Source: Trypanosoma brucei (Eukaryota). From it: 64,000 nt of DNA. Position numbers and translations under genes: made by a program. Below the pieces are notes generated by a model. That model searched no databases. It had not been told where the DNA came from and saw only the letters and a list, made by a program, of their open reading frames with translations. Of the stretch, positions 22,001 to 32,140 are shown piece after piece. The number at the start of each line of letters is the position of its first letter. Within the stretch, counting starts at the first letter, position 1. The DNA is taken from contig CM000207.1 of assembly GCA_000002445.1 (NCBI GenBank), positions 384,001 through 448,000 of the forward strand, read 5' to 3'.

Positions 22001-25000
22001 CAGCTCATCCTATCTCCAGCGCCAACGAGTTTCGCCTCTGCCACACCAACATGCTTCTCCTCGGGTAACCACAAAGTCTCCTTCTGGCACTGTTCGCATA
22101 AGTACCGTGACTCAAACTGAATGAAAGAAATGTACTCACGCATTTTCCCGCACTGAGTGCAAAACGCTTGCTTGTTGTCGCTAACTGTTGATGCATCAGT
22201 AGAACCCAAACACAAGCGCATGTTGCCACACGTCGTACATACTTTGTTGTGATTTGAATTAAAGGCGTAGCTGCACAACATGCATGTCCACGTGGCTCCT
22301 GGGCGTGCTGTGGTGCACATTGCGCAGCGTGTAGAGTCTGAAAGGTTAATGAACGTGCACACTGCGCACGTCCACTCTTCCTCCGCCCTGTTAACATTGT
22401 TTGGTCTTTCCATACACTTGTACACGCAACGCCCACGCAAATGGTGACTTGAAACGTACTTCCCGCTAAAAGAAAAGGGTCCATGGGTATCAGCTCCTTC
22501 GCCTTCAACCTCATTTCCCGCGGTGACACGCAAAGTTACACAGACGCCCTCCTCAACCAGGAGCCACTCACAGGCGAAGCCAACAAAGGGAGAGGGAAGA
22601 CCGAGTCGCTGCATTACATGGTGAAGGGTTACACAAAGACTGTACGGGGCGGCGTGGCCCTCGCCCGCACAGTGGCCCCATTCCTCATCACAGACCGGAC
22701 AGCGGAGGTATACGATTTTTTCCGCCTCACCGGCATGCTCGTCTGCACGGGCATTGCCATCATCCGATCCACCCTCGCCACACTCGCTATATACATTATC
22801 ATCAATATCTTTCTTGTTGGAAATAGTCATACAGAGCTTGTCGTTGTCCGGTAACAACATCAACTCGTTCCACGCCTCCAACAAAATCTGCGACCCGTTA
22901 GGATGAACAGTATCCGGCATGGCCAGTATGCGAATGAATTGGCTTAACAACAGCCGCTGCGTCTCTTTGTCCCACAGTGTTACCTCCCCCATGTCTAACT
23001 CTGACAGAAGTCGAAGTGCGCAAATAAACGTTTTCGTCGAGTGGATGTAAACGATCTCATTGTTGTGCTCATCTGTGGTAAAACTAATAGACCTTGATAA
23101 GACACCCATAATCTCATTCGCAAGTAACCCCAGGGGAAGATCACCACTTACCACCGATTCATAATTTGGTTCTATTGCTACAGCAGGAACCGTGATGCTT
23201 CCACTACCACCTTCTCCTAAAACAATTTCGGCAAGAGAGCCCTTCTGTCTCACCAAGCGGACATCGAACGACCCTTTAATCTCTCCACGCGGCGGTCCAG
23301 TATAGGTAAACGACATTTCATCCCCGTCAGCACCCAAAACTTGAAGAGCCACAATTTCGTCCTGTCTCAACATTTGGGAAAGAAGCGGCACTAGAACAGA
23401 ATCCCAGCAACTGAGCATCGCCCGCATAACAAGTCGGGCACGGATGCCCGTTTCACAGGGCATGTACATCCACGAAGAAGTGGCGTCTTTATTATACATC
23501 TCCACAAACGGAAAGACAACCTTCACAGCAGATGGAATGTTTGTATAGAGAGTTCCCAATGGTAACTCATTGCGCCCAAAAGATATGCACCGTGCCTTTG
23601 TGTCAACTGTAACGGTAATTATATCACCTGAGCCAAAGATAATGCCATCTTTCTTCAGCATCCAGTGCTTAGAGTGTCGAAATAATTCAACACGGGCAGA
23701 TGGTGCCTCGACATCCGCAAAGTAATCCGTTATCGCGTAAACATGGTTCATGTCTTGCCGCGTTCCAGGATGTTGCTCAAGTTCTGTGCTTGTGGGGAGC
23801 GAATCATGGCAAGCAACGCCAACGTAGTAAAGGCGACCAAGAGAATCAAACTCAAAACCTCGTCTAACACGTACGGAAAACGACACAACATCGCCCAACG
23901 AACCGTCCAAAGGTATACCTTGTGATGCGAAGGAGGTGGTGTTCTGCACACCCCGGGAACTGCACTCCTCCGCTGTCAGTGATTTAACATGTCGACCGCC
24001 TGAAACAACGCGGAGGTCAGTTGCCGCGCTCGTTGTTGTGAAAAATGGTTTGTATACAGGGGCAGTAACCTGTCGAGAGAGTTGGCAGCAGCAATCCCAC
24101 AAGGGTATTGGATTGTACGTGGTGATGTCGAAGTTGCGGCCCGGTTCCTGCAGCACGACGTGTATTGTTGTCAGTGCTGCGCATCGTGCGCGCTCACCAG
24201 CCTCCTCACAGCAGACCACCTTTGTTAACGTACTGAGTATGTCCGCTGGGTGGGAAGAACAGTAAATTGCGGTACGCATAATGGTGATGTAGTCCATGAG
24301 AAAGCGGTGGTACACAAAAGAGGCAGCGCTCCGTTTCACTCGTTCAGTAGCATCATTAACATCATCAAGGAGTGAGAGATGCTTGATAGAATCAATAAGG
24401 CTTTCCACATTTTGACGCAGCCTGCAACAGCAACCGTCAATGAACCCCCTCCATGCCTCCTCGGAGTGGATGTGCCTTCTGCCAGAAGCGGTCCGATTCT
24501 TCACTTGCAACGAAGAGGAGGTGGGAGGGCTACTAACTCCACTTACCGACCGGTGAGCCTGAGCAAATCGCCGAGTACAGAGAGAAATCAAATAGGCGAA
24601 AACGAGAGTCGCGAACATAGAAATAAAGTGGCGGGTGGGTAGGCAATCACTACAAATTGATGCATCCCCTTTTCCTACCAAGCTGGCTGCGACAGTGGCA
24701 TCAATCGAACCAAGAACACTCAGCTCATCTGACCTAAACGAAATCCGAACGGCTTTCCCTTCCAAAGATAGTGAATCCGTAACGCCCACAAGAAGGTACA
24801 GCGCACGTGGGGGCGCTGGGAAAGAGGCAAAGCAGACGCCGTTCACAAGCAAACAAACCGCGCGCGTGGAAGTTTTGGGCGAAAAAGGGAAGCAAAACGT
24901 AACCCTGTCACCACGGGAAAGGGGCGGCAGAGAAAACACACGGTTTGCGTGACGAAGTTTTCCGCTGTGTGGTTCAAAATAAAACCCCAGTGGATCGCCT

Positions 25001-27945
25001 TCAACAATGTTACTCGTCACACCTGGGTGCTGTCCTGATGCGAGGGCAACAATCAACTCCTTTGACGGCATCGCCGTCAGGTTAATATCTGCGGCGTAGA
25101 GCATTGAAGAGGCAGCATTTGACGACGAAACGAGCGGCGGCGGCCGTGGTGATGAAAGCACCGAGGAAGGAAGAGTAGACGATATTGAAACGGTAGTTGA
25201 CGACAAGGAGAAAAGCTGAATGCTGGGAAAATACAACGGGGTGGAAGTGCTGCAAGCAGGTTCCCGGCCAGAAGGAACCCAGACGCCCAAACCACGCTCG
25301 CTGGCGCCGACCATGGTGAGCCCAACGAAGGTACCACCGTCATTCCCACCGTCACATTGCACCCTATCCCCTGTTTGTCCGCCATGTCTATGGACATCGC
25401 AATCCCCTATAAGGGCCCGCACGGACTCAATCACACTGTTCTCCTCCACTTCGTCCACCTTAAACGACGCAGTGCGCGCAAAATCGGTGAAACTGGGGAG
25501 GAGTCCCTCTACCTGACTAATAATTTTGTCCCAGATAAAGTCCAAATCCCTCTCATCCAACGGCGTTGCAAGTAGCGAAAGACTAATGAGCGCGAACGGA
25601 CCAAATTTATCCGTATCCCACAGGAACCGATGGGGCCCAAGTCTCCGCTGTTCTCCCTCAGGCATTGACATTACGTGCTGAAGCGCGGCAAATACGGCAG
25701 TGAACAATCGGTGTACCAAAACACGAATCTGTTCAGTCAAAACCTCTCCACAACCACTGAACCGCATCAGGTAGTGGTCACTTTCGTACATCATGAGGTC
25801 GCGAAGGAGGCTCACTACGCGGAACATATCCTGCGGAACGAAGCTTTCCTCCGCGCGCAGCAAAAGAAGCAAGGCACTTATGCACGTTCTCGCTCGCTCA
25901 GATTGTGTTGACAGATAATCACGCAGCTGAGCAACAGTAGCGGTGGATGAAAGAAGAGCAACGGTTCCTTCCACAATCTGCGTTGTTGACAGCTTGCAGG
26001 ATGATGCATGCTCGGAAGCAAACGCAGCCACGTCGGTGGCATCGGGATTCCCCCCAATCACACTGCTCGCAAGGCTAACGCGCTTCACAACATCCTGCCA
26101 AACCCATGACCCCCATGTTACTTGATCCGGCTCCCGCTCAGCAATGATGCTTCCAATCATACATAGCGCGGCACGAACGCCCCGCACATCACTCTGACGG
26201 CAAGAAATTCGCCTTCGCAGAGCACCGTCATCCATTTTTGCTATTTCCTTCAGCAGCGGTGGCAATTCCCTTGTCTCCACCCGAGGTTGCAGACCATTTG
26301 AGAACAGCATGATCGATTCCTCCCTCAGGTTTGTTGCGACGGGTGGACACTTTATTTGCTGCAGGAGATGGGTGGCGATTTCTAACTGGGCAGAACTTAA
26401 GGCGGCTCGAAACTCCTCTGCCCACCGACCATTCACTTCCACACACATCTCCAGCCGCACCTCCGCCTCCAACATAGGAACTCGAGCGCCTTCGTAACCC
26501 CTGCGGTACCTCAAGACACAACTGCAACCACCAATAAGTTCATGGGTCGCCTCCTCAACCGGCTCAAACCAAACTACGTTGGTTGATCGACGCGTCTCAC
26601 CGGCATCATCGCCGGTGCTCCCACCCCCAAGGGATGCATGCGGAATTAGTGCAATCTGCACATCATCACAATTTAACGCTTTCCGGACATGTACAGTGAC
26701 CTTCCGCGCCAGGGGAGCCACCAGAAACACTTCCGTTGTCTTCGCTAGCTCACTAGCAGGTGGGTTAAGTTCTAACGATCCGGCTTGTACCTTCGGCAGT
26801 TCAGTTTCAGCTGCACTAGTCCTTATTGCCGAGGGCTCATCTAGTCCCACCGGTAAGCGTCCCTCACCCAGTTGTGTATTTGAGGGAGACACCGAAGTCG
26901 ACTCGTTACGAGGTCCCACCTCAAGAGAGAGTACATACTTGGTCACGAAAGTCGCGGTTGACAACGAGCCGCGATTGGAACCACAGGGACGGGGTGGTCC
27001 CCGAACTCTTTCCAATATATGCGCCACATCCGCCGTGTCAGCCTCATCCAGCTTTGTGAAGCGCGTGATGTGAAGGATTGGCAGCACTACGTTGAAACCA
27101 AATATATCATTCTCCCCAGGAGTTTTGGATGACTCATTCCACCGGTCGAGCACCTCGCGTAGAATGCCAAGAAAAGCCACGGCGCTCCTTTTGTGGTGCA
27201 GCGCTTGCCCAGACAGGGATGCAGCTGTTGATACGAGCTGTTTTTGGCCATCGTTCTGCGGGGACGCCACCACCTCAACCATCTCCCTAATCCTCCCCTG
27301 CAGCCAACGCTCGTCTTGTCTCCCCTTAAGGTATGGAACCACCCAATTTAACGGGGCAAATCCTCGTCTTTCAGGGCTTACCATGGCTTCGCCACGAGGA
27401 ACATCTACACAGATTAAGGCCGATTCCGACAATCGACGTTGTGTCTTCTGGTTCATTGCTTCCCCACTGCCAGGCGCCCGACGCTCATTACATACGGACG
27501 AACTTTGCACCTCTAACTGACTGGATGGTAGCGTCGGATTTTCGAGGCATTGCTCTTGTGGAACCACGGCAGCTCTTTCACGTATAGATTGCAGCGCCTT
27601 TTGAAAGAGGGACGCACGCAACCAGTGACATGTCACCTGGTCCCAGCAAAACTCTGGGCGGACTGTTCTAACTATTTCAGCCACAGTATCATATATGACG
27701 CGGGCAAGCTGCATATCATCATTGTCGGACTGCGATACGCACGGCACCTTGAGCGGCCTAGCGCCCAAAGAGGCATCAAGGCCGAACTGAAGAAGCGGCC
27801 AAGCCAATTGGCAAAGGCGGTCAAGTGGAATGCTCATCATGTCGGCAATGGGGAAATCGATCACCTCCCCCGACGTAAGGCAGTGGCGAACGAAGCGACC
27901 CTGTGTCTGCTCTGGGAGTTCACCGGTTTGTTGCGACGTAATCAT
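19012..27945 (-). CDS. giant HECT-domain E3 ubiquitin ligase (~2977 aa) with two B30.2/SPRY domains and two RanBP2-type zinc fingers
   Basis: The C-terminus reads ...PTAHTCSPISLLLQPYSSAATMREKLEVSLHHMYEFGFV, matching the HECT C-lobe consensus LPxAHTCFNxLxLPxYxSxExLxxKLxxAI..GFG with the catalytic Cys retained. Two SPRY-like segments are present (GRYYYEVV...GWGT...SWGFNCQ...GDIIGTLLDLD...CWSVNGEE...YPYVS and ...GDIITVTVDTKARCISFGRNELPLG...VFPFVEMY). Two W-x-C-x2-C...N...C-x2-C RanBP2-type fingers are present (WTCAVCTFINLSDSTRCAMC and WTCMLCSYAFNSNHNKVCTTC). The track start at 28026 is GTG, and the first ATG is at 27943-27945 (MITSQQTG...). Confidence 0.85.
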   Translation of the reverse strand: MITSQQTGELPEQTQGRFVRHCLTSGEVIDFPIADMMSIPLDRLCQLAWPLLQFGLDASLGARPLKVPCVSQSDNDDMQLARVIYDTVAEIVRTVRPEFCWDQVTCHWLRASLFQKALQSIRERAAVVPQEQCLENPTLPSSQLEVQSSSVCNERRAPGSGEAMNQKTQRRLSESALICVDVPRGEAMVSPERRGFAPLNWVVPYLKGRQDERWLQGRIREMVEVVASPQNDGQKQLVSTAASLSGQALHHKRSAVAFLGILREVLDRWNESSKTPGENDIFGFNVVLPILHITRFTKLDEADTADVAHILERVRGPPRPCGSNRGSLSTATFVTKYVLSLEVGPRNESTSVSPSNTQLGEGRLPVGLDEPSAIRTSAAETELPKVQAGSLELNPPASELAKTTEVFLVAPLARKVTVHVRKALNCDDVQIALIPHASLGGGSTGDDAGETRRSTNVVWFEPVEEATHELIGGCSCVLRYRRGYEGARVPMLEAEVRLEMCVEVNGRWAEEFRAALSSAQLEIATHLLQQIKCPPVATNLREESIMLFSNGLQPRVETRELPPLLKEIAKMDDGALRRRISCRQSDVRGVRAALCMIGSIIAEREPDQVTWGSWVWQDVVKRVSLASSVIGGNPDATDVAAFASEHASSCKLSTTQIVEGTVALLSSTATVAQLRDYLSTQSERARTCISALLLLLRAEESFVPQDMFRVVSLLRDLMMYESDHYLMRFSGCGEVLTEQIRVLVHRLFTAVFAALQHVMSMPEGEQRRLGPHRFLWDTDKFGPFALISLSLLATPLDERDLDFIWDKIISQVEGLLPSFTDFARTASFKVDEVEENSVIESVRALIGDCDVHRHGGQTGDRVQCDGGNDGGTFVGLTMVGASERGLGVWVPSGREPACSTSTPLYFPSIQLFSLSSTTVSISSTLPSSVLSSPRPPPLVSSSNAASSMLYAADINLTAMPSKELIVALASGQHPGVTSNIVEGDPLGFYFEPHSGKLRHANRVFSLPPLSRGDRVTFCFPFSPKTSTRAVCLLVNGVCFASFPAPPRALYLLVGVTDSLSLEGKAVRISFRSDELSVLGSIDATVAASLVGKGDASICSDCLPTRHFISMFATLVFAYLISLCTRRFAQAHRSVSGVSSPPTSSSLQVKNRTASGRRHIHSEEAWRGFIDGCCCRLRQNVESLIDSIKHLSLLDDVNDATERVKRSAASFVYHRFLMDYITIMRTAIYCSSHPADILSTLTKVVCCEEAGERARCAALTTIHVVLQEPGRNFDITTYNPIPLWDCCCQLSRQVTAPVYKPFFTTTSAATDLRVVSGGRHVKSLTAEECSSRGVQNTTSFASQGIPLDGSLGDVVSFSVRVRRGFEFDSLGRLYYVGVACHDSLPTSTELEQHPGTRQDMNHVYAITDYFADVEAPSARVELFRHSKHWMLKKDGIIFGSGDIITVTVDTKARCISFGRNELPLGTLYTNIPSAVKVVFPFVEMYNKDATSSWMYMPCETGIRARLVMRAMLSCWDSVLVPLLSQMLRQDEIVALQVLGADGDEMSFTYTGPPRGEIKGSFDVRLVRQKGSLAEIVLGEGGSGSITVPAVAIEPNYESVVSGDLPLGLLANEIMGVLSRSISFTTDEHNNEIVYIHSTKTFICALRLLSELDMGEVTLWDKETQRLLLSQFIRILAMPDTVHPNGSQILLEAWNELMLLPDNDKLCMTISNKKDIDDNVYSECGEGGSDDGNARADEHAGEAEKIVYLRCPVCDEEWGHCAGEGHAAPYSLCVTLHHVMQRLGLPSPFVGFACEWLLVEEGVCVTLRVTAGNEVEGEGADTHGPFSFSGKYVSSHHLRGRCVYKCMERPNNVNRAEEEWTCAVCTFINLSDSTRCAMCTTARPGATWTCMLCSYAFNSNHNKVCTTCGNMRLCLGSTDASTVSDNKQAFCTQCGKMREYISFIQFESRYLCEQCQKETLWLPEEKHVGVAEAKLVGAGDRMSWFVSFGSEKQSYTDMKSTAYSFRKMLDAVLAVSPQAGDLTRYVPPLMHSSDDDGQFESGCLSLKVNPIQEQKQDGRGYRAVIPAIIYFCSRIVCSWGPNLAPKGLAKFSVLCRLRVIEDTWLTQLRKVTTDAAQSIFTSCLQILLSGKRSEQMVWSLSSIARVLMNCNTPFQKQRHYLLYALSLNAVRGGGDRTFREVCYAALNLLLEEASGQKLNVQCLREVITMVPVVANQQQLMVHASLRGVNASISADVTLTSWLIEVGERMERSQRLPALFDEPSPDTFPYVVELPDTRMGSGGELIVGQVRGSVGVLGNKGGRYYYEVVLPPNFDERGKTIVMGWGTIQHEVVSSGQHVGSDIHSWGFNCQDRLRIMTGEQALVTPRPIVGGDIIGTLLDLDTMMMCWSVNGEELTWIAVSTQGKGEAIYPYVSAAMDPHGVLVRLSYTQFKPEGYKDFSPGCGEEGGRLESSVKPQCFDFYVQLCDLVNDVVNCGFTVDSLAETDTWMEGGREALRNYPLLSSEVGGGSLYKLKPYLQHLRSINSLAVSVAKSHNIFRNSQFLMRNYEKVRRLLFFAARWAIVERQIDRRLLRNNVKRHRHVLIDLKEAKGVLEHGETLDFITLFDKSVTGQLFHQTHDADIYRDAVMFTTRLSGEVADDAGGVTRSVVSMMCDELQYREDEGGRRMEPLLPFFKLSSHSTMVTLVPNIDFYRSNPNHRQLFLQFFTWFGKLIGNITLSGYVMLSITLPRLVWMFLTFDEVTVKDYYADIDDSVRGALEDDDFLLNDEFYYSIPVIEWGLVCAASDTVGALRSKRSLAPAFPKGCFSEGAVVTSQGLCKSIEVERRRTEVGRALVHQYDELLSAMRLGVTSVVPSHSLQLIRWDDLQQRVCGSPCATAEDVMSSLDVSLLTKAVCDMLVEVVRGMSNRQRAMFLLFCSGQRRVPLPEKVQVSCGDDPAAVPTAHTCSPISLLLQPYSSAATMREKLEVSLHHMYEFGFV

Positions 27946-27965
27946 TTCAGAAAGCAAACAATGCA

Positions 27966-28000
27966 CTGAAGGAACAATAACCCCCCCCAAAAAAAAAACA
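27966..28000 (-). promoter_or_regulatory. putative trans-splicing signal for the HECT gene: a T10 polypyrimidine tract followed by an AG acceptor about 20 nt upstream of the ATG
   Basis: The minus strand reads TGTTTTTTTTTTGGGGGGGGTTATTGTTCCTTCAG|TGCATTGTTTGCTTTCTGAA-ATG. The AG corresponds to plus-strand CT at 27966-27967. This is pattern-based only, with no RNA evidence. Confidence 0.35.
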
Positions 28001-28149
28001 AGATGACGAATCAACAGGGTCGGCACGGAGCGAAATGAAATGTCGATCCCTAAGTAAAAAAAAACAAACTTACTTCTACCAGTTTGTTTTCGTTGACGAC
28101 CACCACTGCCCCCTTAGTTACACTACTAACCGATGCTGGTATACGTGTA

Positions 28150-28167
28150 ATATATATATATATATAT
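28150..28167. repeat. (TA)n microsatellite
   Basis: Direct read of atatatatatatatatat. Confidence 0.9.
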
Positions 28168-28452
28168 TTTATTTATTTAGAGATGTACACTTCCCCTTCC
28201 ACCTACTCACTACCAGATACGACAACCTCCCGCAGTCTTGTCGAACACAAAATACAGGCAAACACTGCACACTCGCACCTTTAAAAAAATGCACCGCGAA
28301 TACCAGTGTGTTCAGCCCCTAGATCTTCGAAACGAATAACACAGAGCACAGTTAGAGAATAGCAATAATAAAAAAAAAGCGTGGCGAGCGGCAAAGCAAT
28401 ATAAGAAGGCAGTTGGTAACGACGAGGAGGCGGTTTCCCCCGCCACAACCAC

Positions 28453-28487
28453 ATATATATATATATATATTTATTTATATATTATAC
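28453..28487. repeat. (TA)n / (TTTA)-type AT microsatellite
   Basis: Direct read of atatatatatatatatatttatttatatattata. Confidence 0.9.
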
Positions 28488-29926
28488 GTTCGTACCCTTT
28501 CCGCTTTGCAACATTGAGAAGGACCGGGTTGTCCCACCTTTTGAGGTAGTGAGACTGCCGCACTCGCTCCAAACCAGCTAAATTCGAGATTCTGTGTAGT
28601 GGTTTGGAAAAAAAAAAGAGTTCGGAACCATACAAATAAACACAATAATCACCTTATATCTCAAATGATGGGACAGATGAAGTGGAACCGGTGCGGTTTA
28701 GGTGAAGAGCCTGCACCACCGCTCCCTAACAAAATGCGTATACAACTCCTCTAACCAAACAAATAACTGTGGTGAGTCGAGAAACCATTACGCAACAAGC
28801 AAAAGTGTAAGCATACGTCCATGCTTACATTCATTCATTCAGTGGGATCCCGCGAATCCCTACGCTCATTTCGCACCCAACCGCAGTATTCACAAGGTCT
28901 CGAAAACCGGTTAGAGGTTCCAACAATATTCCGCGCACACCAAATACGCACTTAGATTGCCATGAGCAACCCCAACGAAATGATTTGTCCCTTCCCTCTT
29001 TTTTTAAAAAAAAAAGATACAACTTCGGGCACAGCAACGTATTACACACAAGGAAATGGCACCATCCACGGTGCAATCGGGAAGCATACCCAACAGGAAC
29101 ATTATGCGGTAACTAAACCGCACACGTTGGCATTGCCCCGAGGTGCCCTCCATGACACGTCACAAATTCATGATGCACCACCTTCTCATATTTTTGTTTT
29201 TTTATTTATTTTTAGGTGCGGTTGGCAGCTCGAGTGACAATCCACGTTGTTAAATGCCGGCAAGTTGTACCCCTTCCGATTTCGCCTTCGGGTAAAACAA
29301 ACAAACAAAAAACCTTGCCCTGCGTCAGTTATCTCCCGTCCCCACATACAGATGCACGCACACACACAGGAGGAGTACAACAAATTCTACACCATAAGCA
29401 AAATATTCCATATGAATAGGGGCGGTGCTTGCCAGCACATTGTGGGTAATCAAATATAAAATGGCCCACATCAGCGATTTTGGTACGGAATGGATGTCTT
29501 ATGCGGAACCCTCTACTCGCACTTCCTTGGTAAACCTTTTTTTTTTACAAACATGCAAGTACAGTGGTGGTTTTAATTATTTTTTTTTCTACTGCGCCAA
29601 AAAACTGCCTTGTTTATGTCAATCACATCCGCAAATAAATTCTTTTTTTTTCGGTGCCGTAATGATCTAAACTGTACGAAATACGGCTGAAAAGAGACTT
29701 TGAGGGGCTGTTTCGCCCACGCTGGGCACCGATCGAAGCACTAAAAAAAAAAACGTTGATGCAGAGAGGATTCCAGTAGACCACAAACACGGTTCTCTGA
29801 AAGGGACCCGCTAAACACAAAGAGTGATTAAAGGAGTTTGGCAATTCCACAGAAAGCACGTTAGGATAGTATCTGAAAGTGGGAAAACGCCAAATGGCAC
29901 AAAGACCAAAACGGCCGGGCCGGTGC

Positions 29927-31810
29927 TTATGATATTCCTTCACCAAGAACAGTGAGCTGGCGCAGTGCTTCATTCCCCGTCATCATTGCGGTACAGCCAT
30001 AACTAACCGCCTTTCGTGGATGTGCGGCTTCCCACTGCTTGAGATCGTCGTACTCGGCCACGCAACCACCGCCAATGGTGAAAACAATAGCCTGTGAAAA
30101 ATGTGCTTCATTGAGGTCAACTTGTTTCCTGCTGCGTGGATCGTACCCTACTACTGTTGCTAAAAGTTCCGCCCGCAAATTGCTACTGCCTGCTGCGCGG
30201 GAACCACCAACGCCCACACCGGATGAGGTTGAGGAATCCTGCAAAAGAGAGTCCACAAGTTTCGTTAGTGGCAACTGGGACTTTGAGTTCGCGCCAAGTG
30301 AATTAACAATATTCTTAGCCAGTGTTTGCGCCAAACCCCACGCAAAACCATGGGCACCGTCTGCTTCACCACCAGTGGGATTGGCGGTTCCAAGTGACCA
30401 CTGACGTAAATGTTTGAGGTATGAAAGTGCCGAAAACGGCATGCCCTCGAAAGCTGGGGCACACTGTTCCAGAACTGTTTCGTGCTCTCCTTGCGTGCCA
30501 AGAAGGTACGCAATCAGATAAAGTCGCTGACGATCCTCAGCGGTCCCACAACCAGTTAGCAATAGGTTTTCAAACTGCTCGTGGTCGAGCCCCTCCTGTT
30601 GAATAATGCCCAGTTCTACCCCATGGAAGCGATCAAGGTGGGTTTGACGAATGCGATGAAGAAGACTGTACGCCATTTTTGTGTGTGCATCCAACATTCG
30701 CTTCTTCTCCCCAAGTTTTGGAGCATTGGCAAGCAGTTTCGACATGGAGTCCGTGCCCACATCACCATCCACATCACATGTGCTTTCCGAAAGGTTAGCA
30801 TGCTCTTCGCGGTACCGTTTCAGCGCCGCCTCAATATTACCACCCACTGCGCTAAAGTCAAGAAGAGCGTTATTGCGGTAGAAATCATCTCGATCGGGGT
30901 TTATTTCGAAAAACGTCTCAACTCCGTCATCCCCCAGCACAGTGACTTTATTTAGGTGCATGTCTCCCAGTTCCGCGAGTAGTCCCCGATACGAGAATGG
31001 GTGATGGAGAACCGTAGCAAGGTCACTGGAGCGGTCGACAATAAGAAGTAGTGGACGTCCAAGCACATTGGCAGATGCAGGTGTTAGGGTTCGCTCGTTC
31101 AGAGAGTCATTAAGAGACACAGACAAACGCCGAGCGACCTCCTCCGCCGGCCCCGTCCTGCTGTGTGCAATAACTGGAAGCACTTGCTGGGACAAGAGGA
31201 CATGCAAGATGCCCATAACTATTTCATTTAAGTGAGCTTCCACATCTTCATCCTTGGCGTGGCGGCTGTTTAGTATAACGAAGGAATCCTTCTGCATCAA
31301 GGTAAACAGGTCATCCTCCAGTGCCACGTAGTTCAGCGTGCGATCGAAAACTCTAATATGTTCAATGTTCTGGAGTTGACCACGAGTTAGCCTCTCAGCC
31401 AGATGCTCCATGCTTCTTCGAGAAATCTGCGAAGTGAAATTTATGTACACCCACTCATAAAATTCCTTCACCGCATCACTAGCCATTATGTTTATGTTTT
31501 CGTCAGTCGGTGCACAGAAGTAGATGGCCGGAGCACCAGGCACTGGATCCCGTTTAGATTTGATGTGCATATACAACGTAATGCCAAGTTCCCGAAGGTC
31601 CCCAACCCTCAGCAGCGGGGCAATAATGTCGCGTCCGATGTCATCGTAAATGAGGAGACGCCATGGGGCAACCGCCGCTGGCCCGTAAGTTGCAGTCATC
31701 GGTTGAGGCGCTGGAACACCGCCCTGCCCAAGCGGTAGAGCAGATGAAATCATTGCTTGTATGACATCTCTCTGTCGCTGACGCAGTGAAATCTTCCGCT
31801 GCGGTGGCAT
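29927..31810 (-). CDS. SLY1: SLY1 homologue (Sec1/Munc18 family, ER-Golgi SNARE regulator)
   Basis: The N-terminus MPPQRKISLRQRQRDVIQAMISS..., then WRLLIYDDIGRDIIAPLLRVGDLRELGITLYMHIKSKRDPVPGAPAIYFCAPTDENI, aligns motif-for-motif with yeast Sly1 (ISLRDMQISAILKML / LRVNDLLKAGITVH / PDVPAIYFVSPTKENI). Length of 627 aa is typical. The track start at 31825 is TTG, and the first ATG is at 31808-31810. Confidence 0.85.
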   Translation of the reverse strand: MPPQRKISLRQRQRDVIQAMISSALPLGQGGVPAPQPMTATYGPAAVAPWRLLIYDDIGRDIIAPLLRVGDLRELGITLYMHIKSKRDPVPGAPAIYFCAPTDENINIMASDAVKEFYEWVYINFTSQISRRSMEHLAERLTRGQLQNIEHIRVFDRTLNYVALEDDLFTLMQKDSFVILNSRHAKDEDVEAHLNEIVMGILHVLLSQQVLPVIAHSRTGPAEEVARRLSVSLNDSLNERTLTPASANVLGRPLLLIVDRSSDLATVLHHPFSYRGLLAELGDMHLNKVTVLGDDGVETFFEINPDRDDFYRNNALLDFSAVGGNIEAALKRYREEHANLSESTCDVDGDVGTDSMSKLLANAPKLGEKKRMLDAHTKMAYSLLHRIRQTHLDRFHGVELGIIQQEGLDHEQFENLLLTGCGTAEDRQRLYLIAYLLGTQGEHETVLEQCAPAFEGMPFSALSYLKHLRQWSLGTANPTGGEADGAHGFAWGLAQTLAKNIVNSLGANSKSQLPLTKLVDSLLQDSSTSSGVGVGGSRAAGSSNLRAELLATVVGYDPRSRKQVDLNEAHFSQAIVFTIGGGCVAEYDDLKQWEAAHPRKAVSYGCTAMMTGNEALRQLTVLGEGIS

Positions 31811-32140
31811 CTTTATGCAAAACAAGAATCAAGCTAACGAGGTGGAAAAAGAAAAAAAGAGAAATTACCATATCTTCCCGGAAATAAGTACGGCGCTCAT
31901 GCCTGCAGCCTACACTCAGACTATGGCAGTGGGCAACGAGGTCCTAAGTGGTTGGGACTACGGAAAAGTCGCAGAACATGTGCAACGGTAGCAAAGTGAA
32001 GCACAGACTGGTTGAAGTGCAACCGCGAGAATATATTTAACACGGCAATGAGTCATGAAGCTCATGGAAACAATGTGTGGCCCCACAACAACAGAATGCA
32101 CAGCGCATTGCGATCCTTCTCCACGCACACCGCAGCAAAA

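Noticed and set aside
28500-28620. Searched for tRNA-like T-loop (GTTCGAATC-type) and acceptor-stem symmetry in the long intergenic gaps.
   Set aside because: No segment showed the conserved GTTC-R-A-NYC T-loop with an appropriately spaced D-loop and complementary ends, so no tRNA is called.
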